Both the position numbers and the translations under genes were made by a program. 32,000 bases of DNA from the NCBI RefSeq assembly GCF_000027325.1, contig NC_000908.2, forward strand, positions 270,001-302,000, in the 5' to 3' direction. This document shows, one piece after another, positions 10,675 to 21,333 of the stretch (positions are counted from its first letter, which is position 1; each line of letters starts with the position of its first letter). A model generated the notes under the pieces. That model had not been told where the DNA came from and ran no database searches. It was given only the letters and a program-made list of their open reading frames with translations. Source of the DNA: Mycoplasmoides genitalium G37. GTDB lineage: Bacteria; Bacillota_I; Bacilli_A; Mycoplasmatales; Mycoplasmoidaceae.

Positions 10675-11086
10675 TTATGTGAAGGTATTAGAACAAAACA
10701 ATCTGCGCTTAACAAAACCGCGGATTGCTTTATTAAAGTGTTTAATTGAACACCAAGATTGGCATAATCTCTCCCAAATTAAAACCCACCTTGATTTAGC
10801 CAATCAACCCTCAACACTCGCTTCTATCTACAACAACTTAAGAATCCTAGCTAAACTTAAACTGATTAACATCTTTGTAGATCCAGAGCGGTTTGAAACT
10901 TACTATTGCCTGCGCCATGCAGAGCATAACCATATCTATCTTTTTGATGAAGTTAAACAGCAGTTTTTTACCTTACCTTTAACAGATGGCCAAATTAAAA
11001 CATTGCTTGAAACCCAAAACCATACCAGTAAGGTAAAGCTTAATGATTTTTATATTGTTGCTAGGGGTGAGATAAACAATGATTAA
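10664..11086 (+). CDS. Fur-family-like transcriptional regulator (divergent metal site)
   Basis: [38 protein letters not shown] winged-helix pattern followed by [10 protein letters not shown]. Alternative in-frame ATG at 10616. Confidence 0.8.
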
Positions 11087-11963
11087 CAAACCAAACCAAT
11101 TTTTAAACCACCTTGATGGCTTAAAGCAACATTTTTCTGATTATGATTCACTACAAAAATCCTTTAAGAAATATCTATCAGAAAATCAAACTGAACTTAA
11201 CAATTTCTTTTTTAACCAGTTTGAAAAGATCATTGTTCTGGTCAAAAAAAAGGAGTTTAAAACTGCTCAAGAGAGGTGTGAAGAGGAGTTAGCTACCCCT
11301 TATTTTTCAAAGCCATTGGTTGGTTTTTTCCAATCACTATTACAACTAATTAACCATGATCTCATCGAACAGAAAAACCAACAGTTAGCTAACATGAGTT
11401 GTGAAAAAATTGTGGAGATGGTGTTAAGTGATTACCCCAATAAACTTAACTTAATCCACTATTTGTTAGCAAAAGAAGCGAGTTTTGTAAACCCTAACCT
11501 TTTACAGCGGATGACTTTTGTGTTAACTGATCTTGAACTGTTAGAGTTAAAGCGTTTCTCTTTTTTTAAAGCCCTTAACCAGATACCTGCTTTTAAAAAC
11601 CACAAAGTAACATACTTTAACAGCAAACTCAAACAGAAGTTTGTAATAACATTAGGTGAATTTGCTTTCCCCCAAACTGATAAAACCAAACAGTTTTTCC
11701 AACAACTAATTAAAAAAGTAAGTCAACTGTTTTTAAAAGAACCTGTTAGTTGTGAATTTGCTTATGAAATTATTGATGCATTACTCGTCAGTTTTTTTCC
11801 ACTCCATCCTAATTTAGAAGTAAACCACTTAGCTAAAAAGATCCACCAGTATGTTAGTAAGATTGTCATTAATGAAGTTGTTGATCTGAAAGATCCAACC
11901 ACTAAACTAATTGTTGATACACTTTATGAACAGTTAGATAGAGCAATTGGTGAGGAAAATTAA
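11079..11963 (+). CDS. Conserved mycoplasma hypothetical protein (MG237-like)
   Basis: Uninterrupted 294-aa ORF, all-helical-looking composition, embedded in the co-directional cluster. Confidence 0.85.
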
Positions 11964-11992
11964 AATTAAGTTAGCACTAGTAGATACAAAAG

Positions 11993-13327
11993 ATGAAGTT
12001 ATACAAAGTTCTTAACAGTAAAACAACTGATAAAAGTCTTTGTTTGGAAGTTGAGATTGATCCAAATTACTGACAAGCTACCCAAAAAAAACTAGTAGGT
12101 GAAATGGCTAAATCGATAAAAATTAAGGGTTTTCGTCCCGGTAAAATCCCCCCTAATTTAGCCAGTCAGTCGATTAATAAAGCTGAATTAATGCAAAAAA
12201 GTGCCCAAAACGTCATGAACAGTATTTATGAATCAGTTCAACAAGAAGAGATCGTTGCTAGTAATGATAATGTCATTGATGATTATCCTACCATTGATTT
12301 CAAAACGATCACTGAACAAAACTGTGTACTTTTGTTTTACTTTGATCTGATCCCTAACTTTCAACTCCCTGATTACAAAAAGATAAAAGATTTAACACCA
12401 CTTACCAAGTTAACTGAAGCTGAATTTAACAACGAAATTGAAAAGCTGGCAAAAACTAAAAGCACAATGGTAGATGTTAGTGATAAAAAACTAGCTAATG
12501 GTGATATTGCTATCATTGATTTCACTGGGATAGTTGATAACAAAAAACTAGCATCAGCTTCAGCACAAAACTATGAATTGACAATTGGTTCAAATAGCTT
12601 TATTAAGGGTTTTGAAACCGGGTTAATAGCAATGAAAGTTAACCAGAAAAAAACTTTAGCACTAACTTTTCCTAGTGATTATCATGTTAAGGAGTTGCAA
12701 TCAAAACCAGTTACATTTGAAGTAGTTTTAAAAGCAATTAAAAAACTGGAATTCACCCCAATGGATGAAACTAATTTCAAATCCTTTCTCCCTGAACAAT
12801 TCCAAAGCTTTACTTCTCTAAAGGCATTTAAGAGTTATTTTCATAAGCTAATGGAAAACAAAAAACAAGAGACAATTCTCCAGGAGAATAACCAAAAAAT
12901 TCGTCAGTTCTTACTTACTAATACCAAACTTCCTTTTCTTCCAGAAGCGTTAATTAAACTAGAAGCTAACCGCTTGTTAAAGCTCCAGCAAAGCCAAGCT
13001 GAACAATATAAAATCCCCTTTGAAAAACTCTTAAGTGCTTCTAATATCACCCTAACAGAGTTACAAGATCGCAACATAAAAGAAGCTAAGGAAAATGTTA
13101 CCTTTGCTTTGGTAATGAAAAAGATAGCTGACATTGAAAAGATTAAGGTTGATAATAACAAGATTAAAGCTGAAATTGAAAATGTTATTGCTGTTGAATA
13201 TCCCTTTGCTAGTGATGAAATGAAAAAACAACTCTTTTTTAATATGGAACAACAAAAGGAGTTTGTGGAATCAATTATCATCAACAGATTAACAACAACT
13301 AAAATCGTTAGCTATTCAACTCATTAG
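11993..13327 (+). CDS. tig: Trigger factor
   Basis: 444 aa; [45 protein letters not shown] joined by TGA=Trp to ORF 12104..13327; FKBP-like [24 protein letters not shown]. Confidence 0.96.
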
Positions 13328-13350
13328 CACTCAAAGCTTGTGAGTGCTAA
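13324..13350 (+). promoter_or_regulatory. CIRCE operator (HrcA binding site) upstream of lon
   Basis: TTAGCACTC-aaagcttgt-GAGTGCTAA: perfect match to the TTAGCACTC-N9-GAGTGCTAA consensus, with lon starting 46 bp downstream. Confidence 0.97.
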
Positions 13351-13358
13351 GAAATGTG

Positions 13359-13365
13359 TTAAAAT
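13359..13365 (+). promoter_or_regulatory. Candidate -10 element of the lon promoter
   Basis: TTAAAAT just 3' of CIRCE and about 30 nt before the lon ATG; the implied -35 lies within the CIRCE. Confidence 0.4.
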
Positions 13366-13395
13366 TTATTGAAATTCCCTAATTAACTTTTAAAT

Positions 13396-15783
13396 ATGCC
13401 CGTTACGAAGAAAAGTCAGATCTTAGTAGTTAGAGGTCAAGTCATTTTTCCTTTTGTTCCCTTTAGTTTGGATGTTGGCAGGCCCCGTTCGCGTAAGATC
13501 ATCAAAGCGCTTAAAACTCTGAAAACCAAACGTTTGGTTTTAGTAACCCAAAAGTTTACTGGTGAACAAAACCCTGAGTTTAATGACATCTATCATGTCG
13601 GTACACTCTGTGAGATTGATGAGATAGTTGATGTTCCAGGGGTTGATAGTAAAACAGTAGACTACCGTATTAAAGGCAGAGGTTTACAACGGGTTTTAAT
13701 TGAAAAATTCTCAGATGCAGATATTAATGAAGTTAGTTACCAATTACTTAACTCCACAGTTAAAGATGAAGCTAATGTTGACAGGTTCTTACAGCGAATC
13801 TTTCCTGAAAAAGAAGAAATTGAACAGTTAATGGAAGGAGCTGAGAAGTTTTTAGAACTTGAAAACATCAGCAAAACAGTTAATGTTCCTAAGGGTTTAA
13901 AGCAACTTGATATTATCACCTTTAAACTGGCTAATCTTGTCCCTAACACTGAAAGTATTAAACAAGCTATCTTAGAGGAAAATGAGATAGCAAACCGATT
14001 GGAAAAGATTATCCAAGCAGGGATTGAAGATTTACAGAAGATCCAAGATTATGGTAGATCTAAAAACAAGGAAACTGAGTTTGATAAACTTGACAGTAAA
14101 ATTACCCGCAAAATTAACGAACAACTCTCAAGACAACAACGTGATTTCTATCTTCGTGAAAAGCTAAGAATTATCCGTGAAGAGATAGGGATTAGTTCCA
14201 AAAAAGAGGATGAAGTTGCTAGTATTAGAAAGAAACTGGATGAAAACCCTTACCCTGAAGCCATTAAAAAACGGATTTTAAGTGAACTTGAACACTATGA
14301 AAACTCTTCCTCCTCTTCCCAAGAATCAACCTTAACCAAAACTTACATTGATACGCTTTTAAACCTGCCTTGATGACAAAAGAGCAAAGATAACAGTGAT
14401 GTTAAAAACTTAATTAAGACGTTAGATAAAAACCACACTGGTTTAGATAAGGTTAAAGAAAGGATTGTTGAGTATTTAGCAGTACAACTAAGAACCCAAA
14501 AAAACAAAGGTCCTATTATGTGTTTAGTAGGTCCTCCTGGGGTTGGTAAATCAAGTCTAGCTAAGTCTATTGCAGAAGCATTAGATAAGAAGTTTGTCAA
14601 GATCTCATTAGGGGGAGTACATGATGAATCGGAAATCAGAGGTCACCGTAAAACTTACTTAGGTTCTATGCCAGGAAGGATTTTGAAAGGGATGACCCGT
14701 GCTAAGGTAATTAATCCCCTCTTTTTACTTGATGAAATTGATAAGATGACCTCCTCCAACCAAGGTTATCCTTCAGGTGCTTTACTTGAAGTATTAGATC
14801 CAGAGTTAAATAATAAGTTTAGTGATAACTATGTTGAAGAAGATTATGATCTTTCTAAAGTAATGTTTATCGCTACTGCAAACTACATAGAAGATATCCC
14901 TGAAGCTTTACTTGATAGGATGGAGATAATTGAACTCACTTCCTATACAGAACAAGAGAAGATTGAGATAGCAAAAAACCACTTAATTAAGCGTTGCCTT
15001 GAGGATGCTGATCTTAACAGTGAAGAATTGAAGTTCACTGATGAAGCAATCAGCTACATCATTAAGTTTTACACAAGAGAAGCGGGGGTTAGACAATTAG
15101 AACGATTAATCCAACAAGTTGTAAGAAAGTACATAGTAGCAATGCAAAAAGATGGCATCAAACAAGAAACGATTGATGTAAACGCTGTTAAAAAATACCT
15201 TAAGAAGGAGATCTTTGATCACACTATGCGTGATGAAGTGTCTCTACCTGGAATTGTCAACGGGATGGCATACACCCCAACTGGAGGGGACTTACTTCCC
15301 ATAGAAGTTACCCATGTTGCTGGTAAAGGAGAGTTGATCTTAACTGGTAATTTAAAGCAAACAATGCGAGAAAGCGCTAATGTTGCTTTAGGCTATGTAA
15401 AAGCTAATGCAGAGCGTTTTAACATTAATCCTAGTTTGTTTAAAAAGATTGATATTAACATCCATGTTCCAGGTGGGGGAATTCCTAAGGATGGACCTAG
15501 TGCTGGTGCTGCTTTGGTAACTGCAATCATCTCATCATTAACTGGTAAGAAAGTAGATCCTACAGTGGCTATGACAGGAGAGATCACTTTAAGAGGCAAA
15601 GTGTTGGTTATTGGTGGGGTGAAAGAAAAAACTATCTCAGCTTACCGCGGTGGGGTTACAACTATCTTTATGCCTGAGAAAAACGAGCGCTATTTAGATG
15701 AAGTACCCAAAGAGATAGTAGATAAACTTAACATTATCTTTGTTAAGGAATACAGTGATATCTACAACAAGCTTTTCAGTTAG
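13396..15783 (+). CDS. lon: ATP-dependent protease Lon
   Basis: 795 aa; ORFs 13396..14373 and 14518..15783 joined by TGA=Trp; Walker A GPPGVGKSSLAKS, DEIDKM, catalytic PKDGPSAGAALVTA. Confidence 0.98.
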
Positions 15784-16832
15784 TCTTTAACTAGGTTTTG
15801 GACATATTTTAAGGTAATTAAATAGGCCTGTTTTAAGTTGCTTTTAGCTAGTTTTACTAGTTGATCAATCTCAATTCCCCCACTCCACTGTTCCTGTTTA
15901 CGGTTAGGTTCTAGTTTATCTGCTAAATAAACAATCATATCTAGCTTGCTAACTTGTTTTGGTGGGATGGTGTGGTTTTTGATGGCATTAATAATCATTT
16001 TATCTTTAACACCAAATCAGTTTTTTAAGATATAAGCCCCCACATAGCTATGTAATACTTTTCAACTTGGGTAGTTAGTTATCTTCAGTTCACTAGTTGC
16101 AATGTTAACTAACTGATCAACTGGTAGTTGTTTGGCCAAGTCATGATAAGCCCCAGCAACAAATGCTCTTTTAGCATCTAGTTTGTTTGCAATTGCTAGT
16201 TGTTTTGCTAGTTTACCAACCCTTAAACAGTGTTGAAACCTCTTATCATCAACCATTGCTTTTAAAGTGGGAATTAGATAGAGGTGATTGGTATTGATGT
16301 AATTTAAAACTGCCAGTGGTATCAGTTTTTTTCTAGGTTGATTTAAAAGTTTACTTGAAGCGATTTCAAGTGGGCATTTAGCCAAGTATTTAACATTAAA
16401 TTGGTTTGCTATTTTTTTATTAAAAGGATAAGGTTTTCGTTCATAACAAACAAACGTGCACAAATCTTTTAACTGTTGGATGTGATCTCACTTCTCAAGT
16501 TCATTTAATTTATCACTCCCTATTAAAAAATAGATTTCACTAGTTGGATAACAACTTTTAAAGTGGTTAACAGTATTAATTGAAAAAGCGTTTTTAGTTT
16601 TAATATCAAAATTGGAAACTAAAGCATTGTTGACTGATTTAATTGCTAGCTTTAACATAGCAATCCTATCCTTATTACTAGCATGAAAATTATTTTTAAA
16701 AATACCATTGTAAGTTGGTACAAAAAAAAGCTTTTGCGCTTTTATTTTTTTAATTGCATGTTTAGCAATGTAGAGATGGGCATTGTGAATAGGGTCAAAA
16801 GAACCACCAAAGATAATAATTTTTTGCTTCAA
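15780..16832 (-). CDS. nadD: Fused nicotinate-nucleotide adenylyltransferase (NadD) and YqeK-like HD-domain hydrolase
   Basis: Three same-frame minus ORFs joined by TGA=Trp, 350 aa. N-term MKQKIIIFGGSFDPIHNAHLYIAK..LIGSDKL; C-term RFQHCLRVGKLAKQLA...AGAYHDLAK...IKNHTIPPKQVSKLDMIVYLADKLEPNR. Confidence 0.9.
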
Positions 16833-16884
16833 AAAAGATCTTAAAACATTTAATTCTAACTAAAATAATTGTGACACAAGAGCA

Positions 16885-18747
16885 ATGATCCAAAAGGAGA
16901 TGGAGATCTATAACCTCTTTACTTTTCAAATTGATCTTGATAAAAAACTGTTGTTTGAAAAATCAAATGATCAGAAGAATTATTCCAAGATTAGAACCCA
17001 TTATTTCAAGCATAAATTCAAAAATAAAAGTGCTGTTTTTCTCAATAAAAACCTGATTAAAAATAGCTTAAATAAGGTTCTTTTAAACTTTTCTGATTTT
17101 GTTAGTGGTGCTGGAATTGATACAGTTTTTAACCAAATCATTGATGAAGATCCTGAGGTTTTAAACTATTTAAAGCAAGTTAAAAAAGATCTTTCCAAAG
17201 AAAACAACGCTACATCCCAACTAACCTTTAATGTAACTATTAACCCTAAAAACACCCTCGCCAATTTTTTTGAAGGATTTAATATTTATCTCCATTTTAA
17301 TGAAGAAAACAATACAGTGATAGGTAGTTTCTCACTACAATGACACATCAAAAAAACTGATCTGTTTTCTGAAACAAAAAACATTGCCATTAACAATTTA
17401 ATTCACACTTTTTGTAAGAACAACATGCATGAAATTAGTTTTATGCAGATCATTAATTGTTTTTCCAAAACAAAAATTAATAAACATGGTGAAATTGTTT
17501 TAAAAAGTTGTGCTTTTAAACAAAAATGACAAAATGTTGTTGCTGAAAAATACCCATTCTCAACTGCATCTAAAGATTTGGAGAAAATTAATGATTTTTT
17601 TGATGCTCTTTTTGTAATGCTATTATTGGTATGTCACCTCAATAAAAACCTGTTATGATTATGTGAAAAAACTGATTTTTTTGAATGAAAACCAAGTCAG
17701 AAAACTGCACTTTTTAAAGCTAATGATAGTGGAGCATACTTAGCTAGAATGCTGCTCTTTTTAAACGATTGGTACAACGAAAATCAAGCAATAACAACTG
17801 CTGACATTGAAAATGTTAATGAGGTTGAAGACATAGGAAAATTAGTTGAAAAATACAGCACTAATCAACCCCAAAAGTTATCGTTAAATTCAACAGTTTA
17901 TGTATTACAAACAAAACAAAAACAGTTTTTTTTAAAAAATGATTTCTTTTTTAATAATAACGAAGCAAAGCTGTTTTTTCTAATAACTATGAAGCCCAAT
18001 GTTTTTGGTCTTGATGATACAGCAATAGCAAATAACTTAAACCTTAAAAAAATTAGTGATTTTTTTAAAGAGATTGATTTTAATGATGAGGATATTCTAA
18101 ATGACTTTAAACAAGAACAGGAAAAGTTATTGGTTAGAAGAACATTTAACCAACTGTTATTTATGAACAAAAATACTGAAATTCTCAGTGTTGTCAATGA
18201 CAAGCAAAAGTCAGTAATCCATAACATTGTTTGAACCATTACTTATAGTAAAGCGATCATGTTAAAAGCCTTTGATTATTCCAAAGCCTTTGAAAAAAAC
18301 CGAACGAGTGATCCTTCCTTATTGCGATCTAATTTAACTGTTATCAACCGCTTAAGATACCTCAGTGAATACTTTCAAAATGCCTCACTTAAGTATGATC
18401 TACTCTACACTAAGGCCAAACAATATATGCAAATTGATAAATTTATCAACGACATGATTCGCAAGGTAAACCATGAGGATGAAATCTTTGGCAAATTTAA
18501 AGAAAGAATTTATTTAAGTTTGGGAATTATTAGTGCGGTAGTGTTTGGCATAGTTGAATTTTTTAACTGTGTATGGACTATCTTAACTGTTAGTCAAGAA
18601 GTGGTTGATAAAAGTGTTTTGGATCCAAGGAATATTATCTTTATTAGTATAGGTACTATTTTGGTTTTATTTCTTTTGGTTACTATCTTGGTTTTTATGA
18701 CAAGAAGACTTTATCTGTTTGAAATTAATAAAAAGCATAAAAATTAG
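16885..18747 (+). CDS. Large hypothetical protein with two C-terminal TM helices (MG241-like)
   Basis: ORFs 16885..17343, 17749..18234 and 18259..18747 are all in the same frame with TGA=Trp; 620 aa; C-term IYLSLGIISAVVFGIVEFFNCVWTILTVS...NIIFISIGTILVLFLLVTILVF. Confidence 0.87.
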
Positions 18748-18752
18748 GAATC

Positions 18753-20645
18753 ATGAAATTCAATAAGTTAAACCTAAGTCATTGTATCTCTTTTTACATC
18801 TCAGAAGTTTCAGAAGTTTTCTTTGAAAGTATCAACCAACACCCTAGTCGTGATTTTGTTAATAACATTCTTCAAAAGATTAAAACTACTTTAAGTGAAG
18901 AAGAGCTTGAAAAGTTAAACAGTATTGAAGAAGTTACTAAGGATGAGAAGATTGTGATCATGCTCAACCATGTTTTGAAAAAGATTGTTTCTAAAACTGG
19001 TAGTTCTAAGTGTGACTTATTTAATGTAATCAAACAAGATAGGTTTAATTCTCCAGTGTATATCCAAAGTATTAATGCTTTTGAAAACAACCTTATTAAC
19101 AATGAATTTGCTGAAAGAAGGTATGACTATTTGATTGAAGTTAATAAAAATTCATACCTTAAAAAATTTGTCAATTCGATCAGAATTTCCTTCTTCTTAG
19201 ATTTAAGAGCACAAATTTTGTCAGGTTCATTTACCCTTAATTTAGTTAATAAGTCAATTGAAAAACAAAAAAAGACAGAAATTTTTAAAGATATTTTTGT
19301 TAATGCCTTAGTTAAGCATTTTATCTGTAATCAACTTTATCCTATCTCTTTAAATTCCTTTATTTTTGACAGTGAAAATCCTAGCAATAAACTCGCTCTA
19401 AAAGAACGGATTAAGCTTTTAAAAACAAACTGAAATTCCCTCTTTTTTGATAAGTTTTACAACTGTTTAAACAATAAAAATAAGCAGCAACTTCAAGAAA
19501 CTAGTGATGAGATGTTTTATGCAGTGATTAACACTTATTTAATCATGTTAATCTCTGTTGAAGAGTTAAGGGTTTACTTTACAAGTAAAGAACCAGCACT
19601 GATTTTAAAGGTATTAGATAAAAAAAACACACTAAGAGAAGATCCTGATCAAAACCCTGAAACTGATTTGTATGAACTAATACAGTTTATAGAACAAAAC
19701 TACTTAAAAAAAGATAAAAAAACCAGCTGAAATAAAAAAAAGGTACAGGATCTTGAACAGTTACTTGAAGAGATTAACAAGATTAATTTAGAAACAAAAA
19801 ATGAATCTTTAGCTTACCCTGATGAGATAACAGAATTGGAAATTGATAATGATAATTTTGTCTCTACAAAACAAGTATTTAGAAACCAATTAGAATTACA
19901 ACTTTTGCATGGGATTGTAATTAATCCTGAGAAGTATGGAATTGGCATGTGAAGTAGTTATTTTGCTGATTGAAGTGAGTACAAAAATTTAATAGAACAG
20001 ATGCTCAATCCCAAAAGTGGTAATGATTTTTATCAGTTTGAAAAGGACATAGATGAAAGCATATGTCAAATTAACAAAAAATATCTAACTTTTATTAGCA
20101 GTGATAGTAATACCTTTTTAATAGTTAAAAATGATGATGTAAAAGTTATTTCTAACTATGTATGAGCACAACTTTTCTTTGAAACAAGAAGGTGAATTAT
20201 CAATGACATTGAATTTGACTTGTATGAAAAAGGATTTGATAAAAGCCACTTTTCACGTAACATTGCTTTACTTGAAAGTCTCAGTTTTAGTTGATTAGAT
20301 CCTTTTTATGGTTTGACATCAATTAAAGAGATCATGCAGAAAATAGATAGTAAAAGTAATCTTAAAACCTCGATTGAAGAGATGGTAAATAGGTTTAAAC
20401 ATGAGCAGCGAATTAATAAAAAGGACAATGAAAGGGTGTTGATGATTTTTGCTTATATTGCTGCTTTTGTAGTAGGATTTATCAATTTTTTCTCAATGGT
20501 CTTTACTATTCTCACTGTAAGTGATCTAAATGCTGGGCTTACTGTACCTAACATCATTGTAATCAGTATCGCTAGTGTTTTAGCTTTTATTTTGATTGTG
20601 ATTGCTGTTTTATTTCGTTTTAAATGAAAACACATTAAGCACTAA
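18753..20645 (+). CDS. Large hypothetical protein, paralog of preceding gene (MG242-like)
   Basis: ORFs 18753..19433, 19512..19730 and 20313..20627 same frame with TGA=Trp, TAA at 20643-20645; 630 aa; C-term YIAAFVVGFINFFSMVFTILTVS...NIIVISIASVLAFILIVIAVLF. Confidence 0.87.
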
Positions 20646-20647
20646 TA

Positions 20648-21328
20648 ATGCAAATTAAAGTTATTAATGAAACAAATAAAACTGTTCAAATTTTTCAATG
20701 TGCTAAAGTAAAACATAGGGCATTAGCTTGATTGTGCGATGTATTTTTATTAGCTATTGTACTTGTGGTTATCTTTTTAATTACTCAAGCCTTTAGTGAT
20801 AACCGTTTTCTTTTATTTTTAGTTTTAAGTTGTTCACAAACAATCCTGTGAACGGTTTATTTCATTTTTTTACCATTTTTTTGGGATGGTAAAACTTTGT
20901 TTCGCAACCTTTTGAAGATTAAGCTATTTGCTTTTGACAAAAGGTTTTTGAGAATAATGATCCATGAGTTGTTTTTATGGATTTTGCTTTCAGTTTTGTT
21001 TTTAGTGATTGCTAGTTATTTTTTTATTAACCAAAATAGCAGCGAAGCGCTTAATTTTTTCACTAATTTAGATAAGCCTAATGCAATAGCGATAACAATT
21101 AGAACCATAACAATTTTGATTAGTTTTTTACAACTGATTTTTATTGGTTATTTTTGTTTTAGTTCTGAAAAACAAGCTTTACAAGAGATACTGTCAAACA
21201 CCTTTATGGTTCAAGAAAAACACACTTTAAAATCAAAACCAACTAGCTTAAAAACCAACAATCAACCTGATCCAGCTAATTTACCAGGCGTAATAGCTCT
21301 TGATGAAGTGGAAAAACTCATTAATTAA
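20648..21328 (+). CDS. Integral membrane protein, possibly RDD-like (MG243-like)
   Basis: Full frame from ATG 20648 (MQIKVINETNKTVQIFQCAKVKHRALAWLWCDVFLLAIVLVVIFLI...) with TGA=Trp; the track shows only 20897..21328. Confidence 0.85.
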
Positions 21329-21333
21329 TAACA

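Noticed and set aside
12904-13284. Long antisense ORF inside tig (126 aa)
   Set aside because: Composition (Ser/Phe/Leu-rich) is the mirror of the Lys/Glu-rich sense strand; no start context or family resemblance.
14343-14600. Antisense 85-aa ORF spanning the TGA joint in lon
   Set aside because: lon reads continuously across the joint as ...LDTLLNLPW... into the Walker A region; the antisense ORF is incidental.
17898-18239. Antisense ORF of 113 aa within the MG241-like gene
   Set aside because: Explained as the reverse complement of an AT-rich coding region; sense frame is continuous and shared with its paralog.
18753-20645. Idea that MG241/MG242-like proteins form a defence system with the adjacent UvrD-like helicase
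   Set aside because: The helicase looks like an ordinary housekeeping PcrA/UvrD, and the neighbours have no nuclease or sensor motif I can identify. Adjacency alone is insufficient in so compact a genome.
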